A DNA stretch of 64,000 nt, from positions 1,462,725-1,526,724 of the forward strand of contig BDGG01000003.1 in assembly GCA_001949185.1 (NCBI GenBank), in the 5' to 3' direction. Source of the stretch: Ramazzottius varieornatus. Taxonomy: Eukaryota > Animalia > Tardigrada. Positions 40,311 to 52,385 of this stretch are shown one piece after another. Numbering within the stretch: position 1 is the stretch's first letter; each line of letters starts with the position of its first letter. Made by a program: the position numbers and the translations under genes. The notes beneath the pieces are model-generated. The model did not search any database. It was not told the DNA's origin and worked only from the letters and a program-made list of their open reading frames with translations.

Positions 40311-41449
40311 ATGGGGCGACGCAAGAAAATCCCTACCGCGGCTGAGATGAGCCAGCCAGTACCCAAGAAGTCCCGCCAACAACTTACTACCGACTTACCT
40401 TCGGAAACCTCAGCTGGAGTCGATTCTCACGAACCTCGCACTTACGGACTATGGTCGACTGAGCAGGAAGGATAGCTTATTGAATGGCTTAGAGATCCTG
40501 CTAACTACGCGCTGTACAAAGGCGCCGGGAAGAAGAATGACCTGACGGGGAAGCTCAAGATTACAGGAACGACAAAGGCCGCGGTCTACCGCAAGATATC
40601 AGTTTACCTGGCTGAGCATGGTGTTCAGCGGGACTGCTCGATGGTGAAGAACAAGATCGTTAAATTGGAGAGGGGATACAAAGCCGCCCTGGTCTTCTTA
40701 GGTAGCACTGGCTCCGGCTGTCATAACCCTGATCCTGAGAGACCTACTGAGGAAAAGATGGTCGATGCTACAGCTCGAGGTAAAATTCCTACCCACGTCA
40801 AGCTGCGCGGTTGATGACGTCGGCTCTGCTTTAATGCTTTTATATGTCCATTTGATTACGTCCTACGCAACCTTATTGCACTTGGATAATTTAATTTATT
40901 GCTTTCGCAGGTATCGTGCTCAATCACTGTCCCTATTGGGACAGACTAAATCCAGTCTGTTTCGATCGGGCATCAATGGTTCCGCCGCACACGTCGGACA
41001 GTTTAGGAGCCATGGATGAGGAGGCAGGCTCAGACGAACAGGAAAGTGACGGAAGTGGCCCAGGAAGTCGACTTGAGCAGTCTGATACATGAAGATGATT
41101 TGCCATGCAATGAGGTTCAATTTACTACTCCAAAGTCAGCTGTGCGTTCTATCGAGCGGAAGACGACAGGAAATCCCGACACAAAGCATCAGAAACCGAT
41201 TAGTATTGCCGAAGCTTTACAGATTGGGGCAAAGGATCAGCTGGCTCTTTCGGAGAAGAGACTGATGGAAGAGGAGAAACTAGAGCTAGCGCAACAGAAC
41301 GTTGAAGCCGACCGAGAGGAACGTCGACTACAAAGACAATTTGAAACGGAAGAAAAAGGAAAAGAACGAGAAGAAAAGAGATCCGCGAATATGAGTTGAA
41401 AAAATTAGCACTGCAAATTGAACTAGCGAAAAGTAGTTTGACCAAATGA
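40311..41449 (+). pseudogene. Harbinger accessory Myb/SANT-like DNA-binding protein (one in-frame TAG, probable late frameshift)
   Basis: WSTEQEG*LIEWL..., VKNKIVKLERGYK, STGSG, intron, CPYWDRL, C-terminal coiled coil. Confidence 0.8.
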
Positions 41450-41453
41450 AAAC

Positions 41454-42735
41454 CTATCTCTGCCTTTTGATGTTTGAGACTCTTTCCTTTACGCTGTCTC
41501 GGAAACTTTTCCCATCGATTGTTGCACACTCTTGCGGCGAGTCTGATGTGATATGCTCTCGATATTTTGTCCAGCTGCTTTCAAAATAGCTGTCTTTGAG
41601 AAACATATTATGCAGCACAACGCAAGCTTTGATCCACCTGACAGCTCTTTCATGGGTTTCTTTGTCGAAAATTTTGATTCTGAAAGACTGTAGAAAAGGG
41701 AAGCGACCTCTCAAAATTCCTATGGTATGCTTAACTCGAATTCGTATGGACGCAAGGTAAAAATTGAATTGCTCGTTATCTGCCACTAGTGAGGAAGGTC
41801 TCTTGTATGTTGAGACGGTAACGGCCGACGTGGTGTAGGCGCTATCAGCCAGCAGGTACTCGCCAGGTGTGAAGAGCTTCAAAGTCAAACTTGCCAGACG
41901 AGCGTTACTGTAGACCCTCATGTCATGAACCGAGCCGCAGAATCCAACGAAAACGTAACGGATCTTACGTTCATCGTCACAAACAATCACAGCCGATATT
42001 CCGTAACGGCTCTTATGGCTCCAGTAGTCTTCTCCGTCTTTCTTCGGCTTGTACTCCAGTGGGATCAGCGTGCCGTCCAGCATTCCGACACAGTCAGGAA
42101 ATCCCGAATCAGCCAAAATACGTGCCTGTTGCAGAAAAAAATCATGAGTAGGAACAAAAAATTTCAGAATTATGAAACGATAAATGTACGTCTTTGATGG
42201 AGGTCCTTTCGTTTTTGTTCGGTCAGGTCACCTCCCTTGTCTCTAACGATAGTAAAGCTTTAATGCACCTGGAAGTACATAGATCAACGAATCCCTCTGA
42301 AACACCGAAGCGCCTAGCTATCTTTCCCAGCGACGCAGAGCTCCCCGAGCTTCCGAAACAATAAGCGGTGATCATAACTTGCAGTCGTGGGTCAGCTTGA
42401 GGTGTTTTTCTATGCTGATGAAACACGTTGCGGTCGCTGATTCTTCCCAGAGTCCTCTCGAACGCGTCTCGGGACATCCTGACTTCTTGTTTGAAGCGTT
42501 CGTCATCAAGTAATGGAAGTACATACTGGACAGAGTGGGTGCTCTTGAGGACTTCGGGTCGGTGAAGATATCGAGTGGCGCAAATAAGTTGTAGCAGCAC
42601 GGTCGCGATGTCTGCTCCATCCTCCTCCTCATCCGCTTCGGCAAGGTCTAGGTTCAGCTTCATGAGTTTCCGTCCGACCACCCATTCTTCTAGATCACTG
42701 ATGAGACGCTTTCTTTCAGAAGGGATTGGCATCAT
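41454..42735 (-). CDS. Harbinger/HARBI1-like DDE transposase, 2 exons
   Basis: VRMSRDAF, IARRFGVSEG, GFPDCVGMLDGTLI, GSVHD, YLLADSAY, FN..LASIRIRVKHTIG.L.GRF, ACVVLHN; expected catalytic Glu reads Lys (VKH vs VEH), so probably inactive. Confidence 0.9.
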
Positions 42736-43007
42736 GTACCGTAGAACAGTATAAGTCGAACGGAATAAAGAGCAGTGACAAATAGAAACAGAAAGATCGC
42801 CAATTTACTCGACAAATAAGGCACCCCGATAATCAAGGTTTTGCGTAAATTGGAACTTTGGTACACTCACGCTTGAATTCCGAATATCACGTGATTTTAA
42901 TCACTAAATCATCCAATCACGGAATGAACCGATTTAAAAAGCCAAGCCTGTCGACACCTACTGAATATATGAGCAAACAAGGAAAAAGGAACTCCGATTA
43001 TAAAACA

Positions 43008-44918
43008 TCAAGCCGCCTTCGAAAATCCGATTCGTGGAACAACTTTCTGAATTCTAAGCAGCGTCGACCTCAGTTCCCGATGCCCTCTTCCGGCGGCGTA
43101 GACGATGTAATTCAAAGCCCGTCTCTTCGCTTTCACTTCCCTGCGTACAATTGAATCTTTCTTTGTAATTTCGACCTTCTTTTTTTGTGCAGCCTTCACG
43201 GGTTTCTTCCTTGCTTCTCGCTCCGCTGCGCCCAACTCCCACTCACTTTTATAGATCCTCTCCGCAGCTGCGGTGATAAGTATTTGAACATCATTTTCAA
43301 GGTCTGACAACTCTACCTCGAACTTCATCCCTTTCGACCGTTCATTCGCACTGAACGCAGCGAACATGTTCTGGCGTAATAACCGACCATTGCGATCAAG
43401 TTCGTTCAACTTCGGAGCATACTCTTCCACTGTTTTGTCGGCAGCTCTAGCTCTCACGCGACCCTCTTCAGCGGATCTTTGCCAATCGTCGATCGCCAGC
43501 CGCCATCCGCCTTTTCTCTGGAGCCTTTCCACCACTCTTTCGAGCCTTTCTCGTAGCGCGGTTAGGACGATCAGTTGAGTTGGACGGTTAGCAAAACATG
43601 AACCATACCGAAAGACTGGTGCGGTCCCGGCGGCGGTCGAGTGAATGGTGCTAAGAACCCATCTTCAGGAGGAAATCTCTGAAGCGCTGGCAGTGACATG
43701 AAGTGTTGAGGCTGACGATCCTCCATATGTGGGCAGGCGGCAGCAGAAACATCCAAGCCTTACCTTGGTAGCGGTCGAAAGTAACCAGCAGGTGGTACAG
43801 GCGGTTCATGTGGAGCACCCGACGGAAACGCCGGCCGACCTACTGGGAGTCGGACAAATTGGTTCTGTCGCTCGCCGTAGGGCAAACCCGAAGGAGCACC
43901 GAAAAGCGAGACCAAGTTGGAGACTTTGGCCAGCTCTTGATTCTTGAGGTTGAGCTCTGTCTGTAGTCGATCGTAGTCGGCTTTGTGTTGTTCCTTGAGC
44001 AGGCTTAGCTCTCGTTCTTTGTTGATACGGGAAGCTTCGAGCTCGCGCTTGAGCTTGGCCAGTTCTTCGTCCTTTCTTTCGGCTTCCAAGCGAACGCTGG
44101 CGATTTCTTCCTGCAGTGAGTCAGTCGTAGTACATTCCATCTACAATATGAACAATTCACATATTATGTGGGAGATATTCGATATAAACATTGAATCGAA
44201 CAACTTTCGACACGAATAATCGACATCTATAACGTAAGAGTGCCTTTCAGACTCCATGCTGTCCGAAGTCATGCATGATGCTAGCCGACGTCGGACTAAA
44301 GTTTGACAAACGAGGTACACTTTGCAGTAAACCGGCGAGGTCAAATGAGCGACAGAAACTGAAAATGTAGTAGTGTTTACCGTAACTTAACTTACAGCTG
44401 TAACTCGTGACAAACGAATCAGCACTTTTTTCTTGGGCGACCACGCGATCGGAGCAAACATGTTTTCTTGTGGCATCGGGAGTTGGGTTGAGACCGGAGA
44501 AGCTTGGCACAGGCTTAGTTAGGAAAGAAGGCCGATATGCTGGCAATTCTAACGGTAGACGGGCTTCTGGTTGAAACGGTCTGACCAATGGGCTTTGTAG
44601 GACAGGAAAGCGATACTGTGGGCCTTGCTGTTGCTTGATCTGAACTAATGGAGTGGGATACTTGTAGCTGACAGACTGTCGAACAGCACCGAACGTTGGC
44701 AGAACAGCAAGATGCGCCGGTCGACAGGGCGTGGTGGTCGCTTGCTTACTGACAGCTTGCCTGGCGAAGTAATCTTCTTCCACGTTAAACAACAAATTCG
44801 CGTCTCCTTCTGCGCTCCATTCCAGACCCTCGGGTATCGTCTTGGTGCAGTGTGTTCTCCGTTCGATGACGTCCGACTCGTTGCCTGCATGGTGCTGCTG
44901 TTCCTCCTCGACATTCAT
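43008..44918 (-). CDS. Uncharacterised Pro-rich / coiled-coil protein, multi-exon, paralogue of the 46056-48530 gene
   Basis: ORFs 44247-44918, 43760-44140 and 43008-43535 with splice-like boundaries; AAERIYK.E ... IVRREVKAKRRAL resembles AAIKLYQVE ... VVRKEVRVRRPAL at 46729-47391. Confidence 0.55.
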
Positions 44919-45327
44919 GGCTGCAAGATATCACAAGCAAAATTACGGTCTGATGTACAGTAGCCACATCAGTTTCATACCAAATGTCATCAGCTCTGCT
45001 GAACTCACTGCTCTAAGTGCCTTCAAGACCGCAGCCGACAGTGATCATTTTCCTTTTTCAAGGAAAAAGAATGGTAATGATCCAAGATTGGTAATGATCC
45101 CTAAACACCAAACGGCTACTCGTAATGCAAAAAAACTGACCCTCGCCACTTGTTGGGTTTCGGGCCGTTTCGGTGCAATCAGAAACTCTGGTCAATATCA
45201 ATCAACCATCCATCACAGTAGGTAGCGAACTACTCGAATCGAGCCAAGTCGATGGACCCTATCGAATGCTCCGAATATCATGAGATTCTGACGTATTGAG
45301 GTCCCTAAAAAGGTCCGCAATTCGGCC

Positions 45328-45772
45328 NNNNNNNNNNNNNNNNNNNNNNNNNNNNNNNNNNNNNNNNNNNNNNNNNNNNNNNNNNNNNNNNNNNNNNNNN
45401 NNNNNNNNNNNNNNNNNNNNNNNNNNNNNNNNNNNNNNNNNNNNNNNNNNNNNNNNNNNNNNNNNNNNNNNNNNNNNNNNNNNNNNNNNNNNNNNNNNNN
45501 NNNNNNNNNNNNNNNNNNNNNNNNNNNNNNNNNNNNNNNNNNNNNNNNNNNNNNNNNNNNNNNNNNNNNNNNNNNNNNNNNNNNNNNNNNNNNNNNNNNN
45601 NNNNNNNNNNNNNNNNNNNNNNNNNNNNNNNNNNNNNNNNNNNNNNNNNNNNNNNNNNNNNNNNNNNNNNNNNNNNNNNNNNNNNNNNNNNNNNNNNNNN
45701 NNNNNNNNNNNNNNNNNNNNNNNNNNNNNNNNNNNNNNNNNNNNNNNNNNNNNNNNNNNNNNNNNNNNNNNN
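45328..45772. other. Assembly gap (N run)
   Basis: Run of N. Confidence 0.99.
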
Positions 45773-46055
45773 CTCAATACGTCCTTGCATGAGAATTATC
45801 AAATGAGCAACTATGATTTTCTTTCCTGTCGATGTCTCGGTAGAAATTACACACCAACGGGAAACTTCTGAAAAGCTCTCTATCTGAAATCAAACTGCTA
45901 ATCACACAAAGCTGGAAGCCCGCCAAACAAACCACATCATTAAATAAAAAATTAAGCTCGTCTAGACGTCATTTCTAAAACAGGAAAGAATGGTAGTAAA
46001 AAAGAAATCCTGTGTATCCACAGCAAAGAAGCACTTTGGTAAGAAGGTAAAATTT

Positions 46056-48530
46056 TCAGCGTTGAGATTCGACCTCAAAATACTTCAATGATTTACAGTC
46101 CGAGTCCTCTCCATCATTCACAACAGCTACTTCCGACGGCGTAGACCACTTAATGTCACCATCTTTGATCTCCATATCAATAACTTCCATCACGTTCTTC
46201 TTCTCTTCCCCGAAGCGACACGCGATGATAACATTCACACCTTTCGACAGTCCCACTCTTGTCTCGTTCCCAGGGAAGTTCATCAGATCGACGAAGAAGT
46301 CGTCTTGGGCAAAGTCACTGAAGGCAACGGAGACGTTACACAGCGGACAGCGAAACTTGGCCTTGAGTCCTCGGTTGATGGTGCAGTATTCGTCCAGCCC
46401 GAAGCACTCAATGTGCTTACAATCTTTGCCGCGAACAGGTCGCTACATGCGCCGCTTGGTGAACGGGCAGATGAACTTGAGGATGGTGCTGGTCGCCAGA
46501 AGTCCATTCGCTGGGGCGAACAAGGTTTCATGGGCCCATGTCGTACCACCCTCGACGGTCAATTCGCTTACTACGACTGGATCGCCATCCTTCAGGTAAA
46601 ACACTCGATCAAAGGAACAGCTAGCGGGTTTGATACGGGAAGTTGCGCCAAGCTCGTACGTTTTCTGCAAGAAGAACAGAAAATTTAAACTTGGCGACAA
46701 TAGTCCTAAACTTTCCTACGCATCGAAACTACTGCAGAAGCTTGTTTTTCGAATGGGATGCTTGAATTTTGCTTACCGATGATCCTTCTGCAGTCAAGGC
46801 TGGTCTTCTAACCCTTACTTCCTTGCGCACAACTGGGCGTTGACGTTTCTTCGGAGCGGGAACCTCCACTGTCTTGTTCGGCTTTTCCGCTTCTTTTCCA
46901 ACGGATCCAACTTCGACTTGATAGAGCTTTATCGCTGCCTCCCTGATGACTTTCGAAATCTCACGTTCGAGGCGCTCTGCTTTTTCCTGCAACTCATCCT
47001 TCTTCGCGCAATCTCCCTCTTTCTCCGCACGATTTTTTTCAGTGCCTAAAAATATGACACTGTTATCCAGACGATTTATCCGCGACGAAAAGGCTGCTGT
47101 TATCTTTTCAGCAGCGGTAATTCTGTTATGCGTTTCCTCCTGCGACGGTGGATCGGTAACCGCACAGGTCGACCTTGCAACTCTTTTCACTCTTTCTAGC
47201 TCTTCGCTCAGTTTCTTTTGATTCACTTTGCTCGACCCGTATTTACGACTGCTTAGGTTTACGTAAGTTGACAAAGTGCTCGTGGGAATCCTTTTTATGG
47301 TTACGACTAGTGCTGGATGGGAACTCGGATCTATTAGGCGCGGCGACAAACGCAGGCACGGCGTCTCTCTTGTACTGCGGATATCGGACATCCGGACCTA
47401 CTGTATTCCCTCGATAGTTCTGCGAATTACGTCATCATGCCAGTAAATTACACCCGCACTGGTATCCCTGATTGTTTGATTGTCGCCCATCATAATACTT
47501 GACTGGGGAGCAGTCTTTGATTGAAGGTATAGATACTTCCTGGTCCCCGCCGGATGATATTTACCACGACAGTCACGTGATTCGCAGAACTTTCGAGGGA
47601 ATACAGTACGTAAAGCAAAAGCATGGTTATAAATCCCAATCTGCTACGACGAAGGCGAAACAATTTGTAGAAGGAATTACTGACCGTGGGTGGATGAATG
47701 ACCGCCACCAGTTGCTGGAATAACAGGCGCTGGAGGTCGAACAAGCGGACGATCCAACAGCTGTGCGGGAGACGGCAGACATATAAAAGGCGGCTGAAAC
47801 GGAGGCGCAGCAAACATCGGAGGCAGTGGCATGATGTGATGGTGAACCACCACGTGCGAGTGTGGAGGAAAGCCACGCGGGAAAGGCATCGGTGGAGGAG
47901 GAGGTCGGAACTGAGCAACAGGTGGAGCAGAGCAGAAATGGACTGTAGGCCCAGGCTGGAACGTCGCATGTCTAGGAACCGTTGGTGGAGGAAGTCGGTC
48001 CTGTGATTGCTGTGCTGGAGCATGTGGTTTTCGACGGGGATCAGTGGGCACGCTCCAATGACAACTGTTTTCTTTGTGCCTCTCCAAAGTCTGAGCTTCG
48101 GCCATCCGCCCGCAGTCTTTCTTGCAGTGGACAAGTCCCGAGTTGCCCAACCATACTCTCAGCTTTCTGAGCAGGATCCACCAGAGCTATGGGTGCTGTG
48201 TTGGCTCCGGCACCGCCGATAGAGCCACGTGGACGATCGGCCAGAGTAACGGTTGACACCGGACGGTTGGCGCCCGGAAGTACAGCTGGAAGAGGACGGC
48301 CCGGCACCACGGGAGCAGTGGCGACTGGACGATCAGGCATGAAGGTGGCGGTGGAAGCTCTGCGATCGGCTATTTGACCGGGCTGAGAGGTTGCTGGACG
48401 AGCTGAAGGTGGAACGAGCGTGTGAACTGCCGCGGGAGGAAGGTTCTGAGGGACGTGCTGCTTTTGTACGGTGGGAAGGTAGGCGCGGTTCTTAAAGTTG
48501 ATCCTTTCGGTCAAACCAGCGGGAACACCA
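46056..48530 (-). pseudogene. Pro-rich / coiled-coil protein with C-terminal SP-RING (MIZ) zinc finger, SUMO E3-like, disrupted
   Basis: Reading through TAG 46443-46445 gives LKFICPFTKRRM*RPVRGKDCKHIECFGLDEYCTINRGLKAKFRCPLCN, followed by SIM-like EVIDM and acidic tail; 5' end may extend to ~49150. Confidence 0.75.
47401..47606. mobile_element. MITE family D, second copy
   Basis: Near-identical to 31720-31925; TA flanks. Confidence 0.9.
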
Positions 48531-49511
48531 GCTTCTTTCGCTCGTCTAAAACAGAACGCATGGTGTATATTTCAAAAAATACATTATTCCCCAGTCAACC
48601 CTGCTGCATTGTACGTTGCACCCAGCGCATTGCCGTCACATAACAAGCCGAGCATCACACGCTTGAAAGTGGCGCAGTGCGCGAACTGAAATGGGTGACT
48701 TAAACAACCTACCGCTTGATTTCGTCCAGCCTGTCATTGTCAGATATCGCCTTGCAGCCATTCAAGCCATCCCTGCTCATCAAGCGTCGTCCGTCCCAAA
48801 AATCCCGGACAACTTTCCTGTAAAACAGATCACATACGTGGAGCAAACGACGGACGAAAAAGCATCGCAGTTTTCGGTCTCACTTCTGAGAATTAGCTTC
48901 GTAAGTGAGTGTGTAATACACTGCTGTCTTTCCCGACGGCAGTGTTTCTCGTTCGATATCCGTGATGTGTCATTCGTATCACCTTTCGTCCAGCTCGGAT
49001 TTCATCCAGACAGCCTCTCCTAATGGGTAGACATAAAAAAATTAATTTCACGATATCTGGCCGCTGTTTCTTGACGTCCGACGACTGAATACTTACCGTT
49101 CTCGAACTCTCTAGCCGATGTCCTGGCCATTCTGTTCGTTGACTTATCATACACCGACGTCAATCGCTCAGACCTGTCTTCCTCCTCCGTCCTTCGTGGA
49201 CGAAACTGAAGGCCACACGCAAAGAACGGAAGAAAAACAAAAGATTTGAAATGATGATCTCAATTATTCACGAAAGCGGACATCGAGTTTGCCCGTTCAG
49301 CTCGACAAACCGGCGGTTCAACTCGTGTGATCACTCTTGAAAGCCTCCGTTGATTCCCAGCATCATCCTACCAGTACAACGTGGATATTGCGAGACGTCC
49401 TGTTCAAATTCTTCGTAACGAGTTGATCAAAAGATTTCTTCCGAGGTCCGAAGAACATTTGGTTCAGTTTTGCAGGTTGCACCAGTGTGCTGCTCGCCGA
49501 AATCAGCTTAG

Positions 49512-50270
49512 GATGGGCGACACGTATGGCGAGAACCCACGGAGCTTCGGAATAGCCAGTTTCTCATCGTGGCTGGATTTCAACCTGCTATGTCGAGCAC
49601 TGGACCCGACGGAAAGCGAGGCGACGTTATGGCATAAGATCATCGACAGAAAATCCCACCTCGTATTGTTTTACCAGATCGACCATCAGTCCATCAAACC
49701 GAAGCTGTCCAGATGCGTACGGCTGACCAAAGACCAAATTCACGGCGTCCGCGAAGTTTTGAAGCCAACTGTCTATCTGCACGATTACGAGCAGCCCTCA
49801 TCCTTCGTGGAGTCAATCTTCGGACGGAATCACGTTAGTTCTCTGGATGAACTGACAGAAATACTCAAGGTTGTTGTATGCCTTGACCTGTCGCATCTCG
49901 GCGGAACCAACAACGTGGACTTAAGCGTCAGGTATAACGAAGGAAGCCAATTCAAATTTCTACAAGTGTGGTTTTCATAGTTGTCTGCAGCGCATGAGGT
50001 CATCCATTCACAAGTCGTTCCGTCTTTGTATGACGGAGTCAACAAATGCTAGTGACGTCATGCGTATCTGGGCGAAACCACCTGCCAGGCCATAACGGGT
50101 ACGCTATTCCATCGACCTGCTTCTTCCAATTATCGGTCTTTGAATTTTATTGCTGGATTTTCTCGCAGGTCACCTTGAAGAACTGTTCGGGATAGAGTTG
50201 GCAAGCAAGGAGTTTGTGCAGAAGATCAACACGACCTTGTTATTCCATGAGGTAAAGCAAAGAAAATCAT
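49512..50270 (+). pseudogene. Internally deleted member of the N-domain/BEN-like family
   Basis: N-domain DFNLLCRALDPTES..LWH.IIDRK..; then only a BEN C-terminal half AYLGETTCQAIT|GHLEELFGIELASKEFVQKIN with the family intron position. Confidence 0.65.
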
Positions 50271-50664
50271 GAGGTTAGTTCTTAATGTACTTGGATTATT
50301 TCTCCCAGTATCGATTATAGCAGTCCAGAAACATAAACCGTAACGGTGGAACCTAAAAGCGGAAATTTGCGGAGGCCGAAAATATTGGCAGCAAGCGTGC
50401 TGACTGGACTCATTGTCAGGGCAGTGTGATGACTTTTACACAGATTACCTTGAGCAGAAACTCTACGGATTAGGGGCATGAGACGCGAAAATAAAACTGC
50501 TATCAAGATCACAGTCGTGGAAAATACGGAGTGCAAAAGAACAAAATTAAGATGCTAGTCGTGAATGCCTGGTTGGGATAAGACGCCAGGAGTCAATTGA
50601 AAGTAATTTTCTCAGTCGGGATTCGCCCACGTCTGAAGGTGATCACTCGAGATCCACCGTTCCA

Positions 50665-52385
50665 TCAGTCATCTACCACTTCTTCCACTTTGTTGATATA
50701 AACGTAACCGCACAACGGATTGACACGGTGCAAATCTTTGGCGATCCGGAGAATGTCTCGTGAGCGTTGCTCACGGTCTTTCAGTTTTTCGGTGTGAGAA
50801 AGCGAAGGGGCGTTGGACCGGATGACGTGAAGCAAGCAGTCGCGGTAATGCGAGTGCAAAAGCGACAGCTTTAGCCCATCTTGAACACTGGTGGATTCTG
50901 TCAATTGCAAAGGAGAAAATCTTGGAAAGGGCCGCGACAGGTGCTGAGCAAAAACAAGTGTTCGTACGTACCTGCTGTGAACATGCTGACTGCCGAGCGC
51001 ATACAGGAGGAAGGCTTCAACCTGACTGAGGTGTAGCTTGTTCAATGCAGCTCCGTACAGGAAAAATGTCCGTATCTGTTCGGGATCCAGAAATTGCTGA
51101 GTCCAGTAGGTGCTGCCATGAACACGCAGAGGATCGTTCAGCTGATAGAAATTGTATCCCTGAATCTGACAATAGTGCGCCATCTACAAAACCGAGAACA
51201 GCACTTGCAAACGACGCTTCAACAGCAAAATCTCGATGGACTTACCAGCCAACCCTCCAACCATCTTTCTCTTAGCATCGTATGTTGGTCGTCCATCTTG
51301 AAGGAGGAAAAGCCCGGCATCGACGGGCAAAGATGGTAGTTCTTCCGCACTCGCCTGCCTCTTGAAGACGCTTGATGTTACCTGAAGCTGGAACTAGAAA
51401 AGACCATAATACGTACCATCATGGTGTGAAGTACAATATTTTGTGATTTGACACACGGTGTATACTGGAAGACGCACCACGGAACTCACCGGAATATTTC
51501 CGTTGACCAGCATGTCGTGCATGTCGGCCTCCCACAATGCAAAATCCGCTCCATATACCGCCCGTGCAGCAGAAATTTTACTGATGGTGTCATGAATGTT
51601 GGCCGTACTTCTCAGTAGAGGTTGCAGGTCGGCATCGCCGGAAATATCTGGAGTGGGTGAATGTCGATAAACCCCGCCATACGGTAAGCTACCAAAGGAC
51701 TCATCAAGGCAGACTTTTGAGTACTTATCGGCACTCGGCAGAGAAGCCGGTAGAGCGAGATAGGTGCTTGCTGTAGAAGAATTTGCTGACTGCGAGCGAA
51801 ACTGCTTCGTCAAGAAGGAACCTAGCAGTAGCTGTTGAGCGCGCAACAGGTACGCATGAACAAAGAACGGACCGACGTTGAAAACGAACTTGTGTGCCCT
51901 GCAGCCGACGTATAACTTGTCTCTCCTTCTGGCGAGGCTGGAAAATCTATCACGCCTTTTCTCCGTTTCTCTGGGGCAGGCCACATTTTGAGGGCTGGAT
52001 GCGAAACAGCTCGATACACATCGCGTTTCCGGAGAGGTATTCGCCCCTTTGCGGTCGCTGCAATCAGAACAGATTTTCCTGGGCGGACCCCGGTTCAGTG
52101 AACTCAGCGCTTATCGCGTGTGAATTTGTGAATCATAATCTGTCAAAAGGGTGAGATAATGGAAGATATTACCATCCAATTTCATCCCCAGATTCACGCA
52201 TTTTTTATAACGGCAAGCTCAACACCTTCCTCTGGAGTCTGATGTAATCGTGCATAATTGTGCTCCACCAAAACACTGATATACTGTGTTGGTGGTGAAG
52301 GTGCGCCGATAAGAAGCCTGAAAAAAATGAAAGATGTTTTGGACAAGTCTTCTGAGCAAACGCTCACCACACAGCGACTCGCTGC
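50665..52385 (-). pseudogene. Divergent nuclear hormone receptor with in-frame stop in DBD zinc finger 2
   Basis: Exon ~52175-52318: YRRTF..YQC....CTI..SRGRC*ACRYKKCVNLGM; LBD signature MPGFSSFKMDDQHTML and LHLSQVEAFLLYA; first finger poorly recognisable. Confidence 0.8.

Larger units (their letters stand above)
40011..42959. mobile_element. Full-length PIF/Harbinger-superfamily (PHIS) transposon with two convergent genes
   Basis: Perfect 17-bp TIR AGGTGTCGACAGGCTTG; 3-bp TSD ACT on both sides; contains DDE nuclease and Myb/SANT-like gene. Confidence 0.92.

Noticed and set aside
45259-45871. Long ORFs of 165-191 aa
   Set aside because: Artefacts of the N gap
6857-52250. Stop-codon recoding, suggested by isolated in-frame TAG/TGA in the hAT, Myb, SP-RING and nuclear receptor genes
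   Set aside because: TGA and TAG end intact genes here (Exo1, AMNP-like, GR-like), and the affected loci carry other lesions; ordinary decay is simpler
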